In this document: in pieces, positions 61,091-64,000 of the stretch
Position numbering within the stretch: position 1 is the stretch's first letter
How the letters are laid out: the number at the start of each line of letters is the position of its first letter
Source: Squalus acanthias
Lineage: Eukaryota
DNA length: 64,000 bases
Assembly: GCA_030390025.1 (NCBI GenBank)
Contig: CM059432.1
Coordinates: 153,018,001 to 153,082,000, forward strand
Direction of reading: 5' to 3'
The notes under the pieces: generated by a model
The model's input: only the letters and a program-made list of their open reading frames with translations
Database searches by the model: none
What the model was told of the DNA's origin: nothing
Made by a program: the position numbers and the translations under genes

Positions 61091-63420
61091 GGCCTAGTAA
61101 TTCAGGGGTTTAGTGCTGGCAGGTGAGGCCCATTTTGAAGATAACATGGCGGCCGCCTCGCTTCTGCCCGCTTCCGGCGGGTCCCGCGGCGGCCACTGTT
61201 TTTGGCAGGTCGGCAGCGCTGCCATTGCAACACAGAAAGCGAGCATGCAGGTACAGCAAGCAACAAGGAAGGCAAATGGCATGTTGGCCTTTAGTGCAAG
61301 AGGGTTGGAGTATAAGAGTAAGGAAGTCTTGCTACAATTGTACAGGGCCTTGGTGAGACCACACCTGGAGTACTGTGTACAGTTTTGGTCTCCTTATCTA
61401 AGGAAGGATATACTTGCCTTGGAGGCTGTGCAGCGAAGGTTCACTAGATTGATTCCTGGGATGAGAGGGCTGTCCTATGATGAGAGATTGTGTAGAACGG
61501 GCCTATACTCTCTGGAGTTTAGAAGTATGAGAGGTGATCTCATTGAAACATACAAGATTCTGAAGGGCATTGACAGCGTAGATGCTGAGAGGTTGTTTCC
61601 CCTGGCTGGAGTGTCTAGAACTAGGGGGCATAGTCTCAGGATAAGGCGTCGGCCATTTAAGACTGAGATGAGGAGGAATTTCTTCACTCAGAGGGTTGTG
61701 AATCTTTGGAATTCTCTGCCCTAGAGGGCTGTGAATGTTGAGTCTTTGAGTATATTCAAGGCTGAGATAGATAGATTTTTAGACTCTAGGGAAATCAAGG
61801 GATATGGAGATCGGGCGGGAAAGTGGAGTTGAGATCGATGATCAGCCATGATCTTATTGAATGGCGGAGCAGGCTCGAGGGGCCATATGGCCTACTCCTG
61901 CTCTTTCGTTCTTATGATCTTATGATCTTATAACTAGGGTCTTCCGAGAGCACTTCTCCTACCTTCAGTTAAGCGAGGAGCAGTGTATTAGGAGGCTCCG
62001 CTTCACCAAGAAGGCGGTCACAGAACTCTGCCACCTCCTGCAACCAGACCTGCAACCTCAAAGCAGGATGACCACGGCTCTCCCAGTGGCTCTCAAGGTC
62101 ACCGTGGCCTTCAATTTCTTCGCCAGCGGATCCTTCAGTCTGCAGCAGGTGACATAGCTAACATCCCCCAGTTCACTGTCCATCGCTGCATCTGGGAGGT
62201 CACAGAGGCTCTGCACTCCAAGAGAAGGGACTTCATTGACTTCTCCCTGAACAGAGAGAAGCAGGACGAGCATGCATGTGGCTTTGGCAGGATAGCGGGC
62301 TTCCCCATGGTGCAGGACGCTATCGACTACACATGGCTTTGCAGGCACCGTATATCATTCCTGAGATGATCTGTAACCGCAAAGGCTACCACTCACTTAA
62401 TGTGCAGTTGGTGTGTGACCACGCCCAGCGATTCCTGATGGTCAATGCTCGCTATCCTGGCAGCTGTCATGACACCTTCATCCTGCGCTAGTCCGGTGTG
62501 CCAGCAATCTTCCAGCCACCACGTCAAACCTGAGCATGGCTGCTCGGAGACAAGGGACTATCCACTCTGCACCTGGCTCATGACTCCCCTCCGCAACCCC
62601 ACCACTTGTGCCCAGCACTCATATAATAAGAGCCATGCTGCCACCAGGAACATCATCGAGCAGACCATTGGGCTGCTGAAGCAACGGTTCCGCTGCTTAA
62701 CTGCTCGGGAGGAGCCCTCCAATGCTCGCCAGAGTGGGCTTACCATTTCGTGGTGGTCTGCTGCATGCTTCACAACTTGGCCATCATGAGGGTGCAGCCA
62801 TTGTTGCCAGGGATTGTGGGACCACCTCAGGAGGAGGAAGAGGATGAGGAGGGAGGAAGGAAGCAGGCAGCAAATCCCCGTTGCTCACCACTTCCCCATC
62901 ATACCATCCCTCTGTCACGGAACATCACAGTGTCCTCCTGGGCACAAAGCTGAAATGAGAGCCACCACAAAACACACATTCCAGACAAAAATCATAAACT
63001 TATCAGAATCCAATTAACATTATAAAATGAACTAATCACCCTTGTGCAATCCCTTAGTGTCTGTCGTTCATGTACCTTTTCCTACTCTAGTGCTCCTACG
63101 CAGTGCTCCCCCAGTGGCTGCAGCATAGCTGGTGGAAGGCTGCTGACTTTCAGTGGGGGAGACATGATGGCCTTGCAGAATGACCTCGACCAGCTGTGGG
63201 CCTAGAAGGCCTGGCTGTAGACTGCACCACCTCGGCATGGGCAGTAGCAGTCTGGGCTGGCTGGCTGATAGGCAGCAGCAAGTGCAATGGTGGAGTGGCA
63301 GTGGTGGGAGTAGGAATGCTGTCATGCTGAGAGAGGACAGCAGGTTCTTGCTCCACAGACCCACTGCCACTCCCCCGGGGTGGTGCCTCAGCATTCCTAG
63401 CAATCTGTTGGAGGACTGCA
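61091..63420 (+). mobile_element. Third Harbinger copy: left end, CR1 insertion (61231-61932), transposase pseudogene (61935-62880) and Myb gene 3' end (-)
   Basis: The left end ggcctagtaattcaggggtttagtgctggc resembles 13436. Motifs [23 protein letters not shown] and HAATRNIIEQTIGLLKQRFRCL are present. Confidence 0.88.
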
Positions 63421-63421
63421 T

Positions 63422-64000
63422 CTGTGGGATGCATCCTAGGATGCTGAGGGAATTGAGGGAGGAAATCGCGGAGGTACCGGCCATAATATTCCAATCCTCC
63501 TTAGATACGGGGGTGGTGCCAGAGGACTGGAGAATTGCAAATGTCACACCTATGTTCAAAAAAGGGTGTAAAGTTAAACCCAGCAACTACAGGCCAGTCA
63601 GTTTGACATCAGTAGTGGGGAAGCTTTTAGAAACAGTAATCAGGGACAAAATTAACAGTCACTTAGACAAGTGTGGATTAATTAAGGAAAGCCAGCACAG
63701 ATTTGTTAAAGACAAATTGTGTTTAACTAACTTGATCGAGTTTTTTGATGAGGTAACAGAGAGGGTTGATGAGGGCAATGCGGTTGACGTGGTGTACATG
63801 GATTTCCAAAAGGCGTTCGACAAAGTGCCATATAATAGGCTTGCCAGCAAAGTTGAAGCCCATGGAATAAAAGGGACAGTGGCAGCATGGATACAGAATT
63901 GGCTAAGTGACAGGAAACAGAGAGTAGAGGTGAACGGTTGTTTTTTGGACTGGAGGAAGGTATACACAGTGGTGTTCCCCAGGGGTCGGTTCTAGGACCA
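63422..64000 (+). mobile_element. CR1 RT fragment running off the window
   Basis: GMHPRMLRELREEIA...DWRIANVTPMFKKG..NYRPVSLTS...MDFQKAFDKVP. Confidence 0.92.

Overview
This is eukaryotic genomic DNA, almost certainly vertebrate and probably a cartilaginous fish (inferred from HE1/V-SINE-like and DeuSINE-like elements plus abundant CR1 and Penelope). Most of the window is nested transposable elements and I recognise no host gene. Content: many CR1 LINE copies of different ages, L2 fragments, one young Neptune-type Penelope element (open RT + GIY-YIG frame) with a minimal hammerhead ribozyme, Vingi and Tx1/L1 fragments, a PIF/Harbinger family, three tRNA-derived SINE families, two LINE-derived minisatellites and an old dispersed ~40-bp satellite. 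The Harbinger family comprises a near full-length two-gene copy, deleted copies and MITEs with GGNC-type TIRs and 3-bp TSDs. The most interesting structure is a ~3.25-kb single-ORF (APE+RT, no ORF1) CR1-group LINE that begins with a tRNA-Ser-like Pol III head. It shares both its first ~300 bp and its last ~90 bp with a free-standing SINE elsewhere in the window. All family assignments come from visual motif recognition, not database searches. Boundaries are approximate unless a TIR or TSD is quoted.
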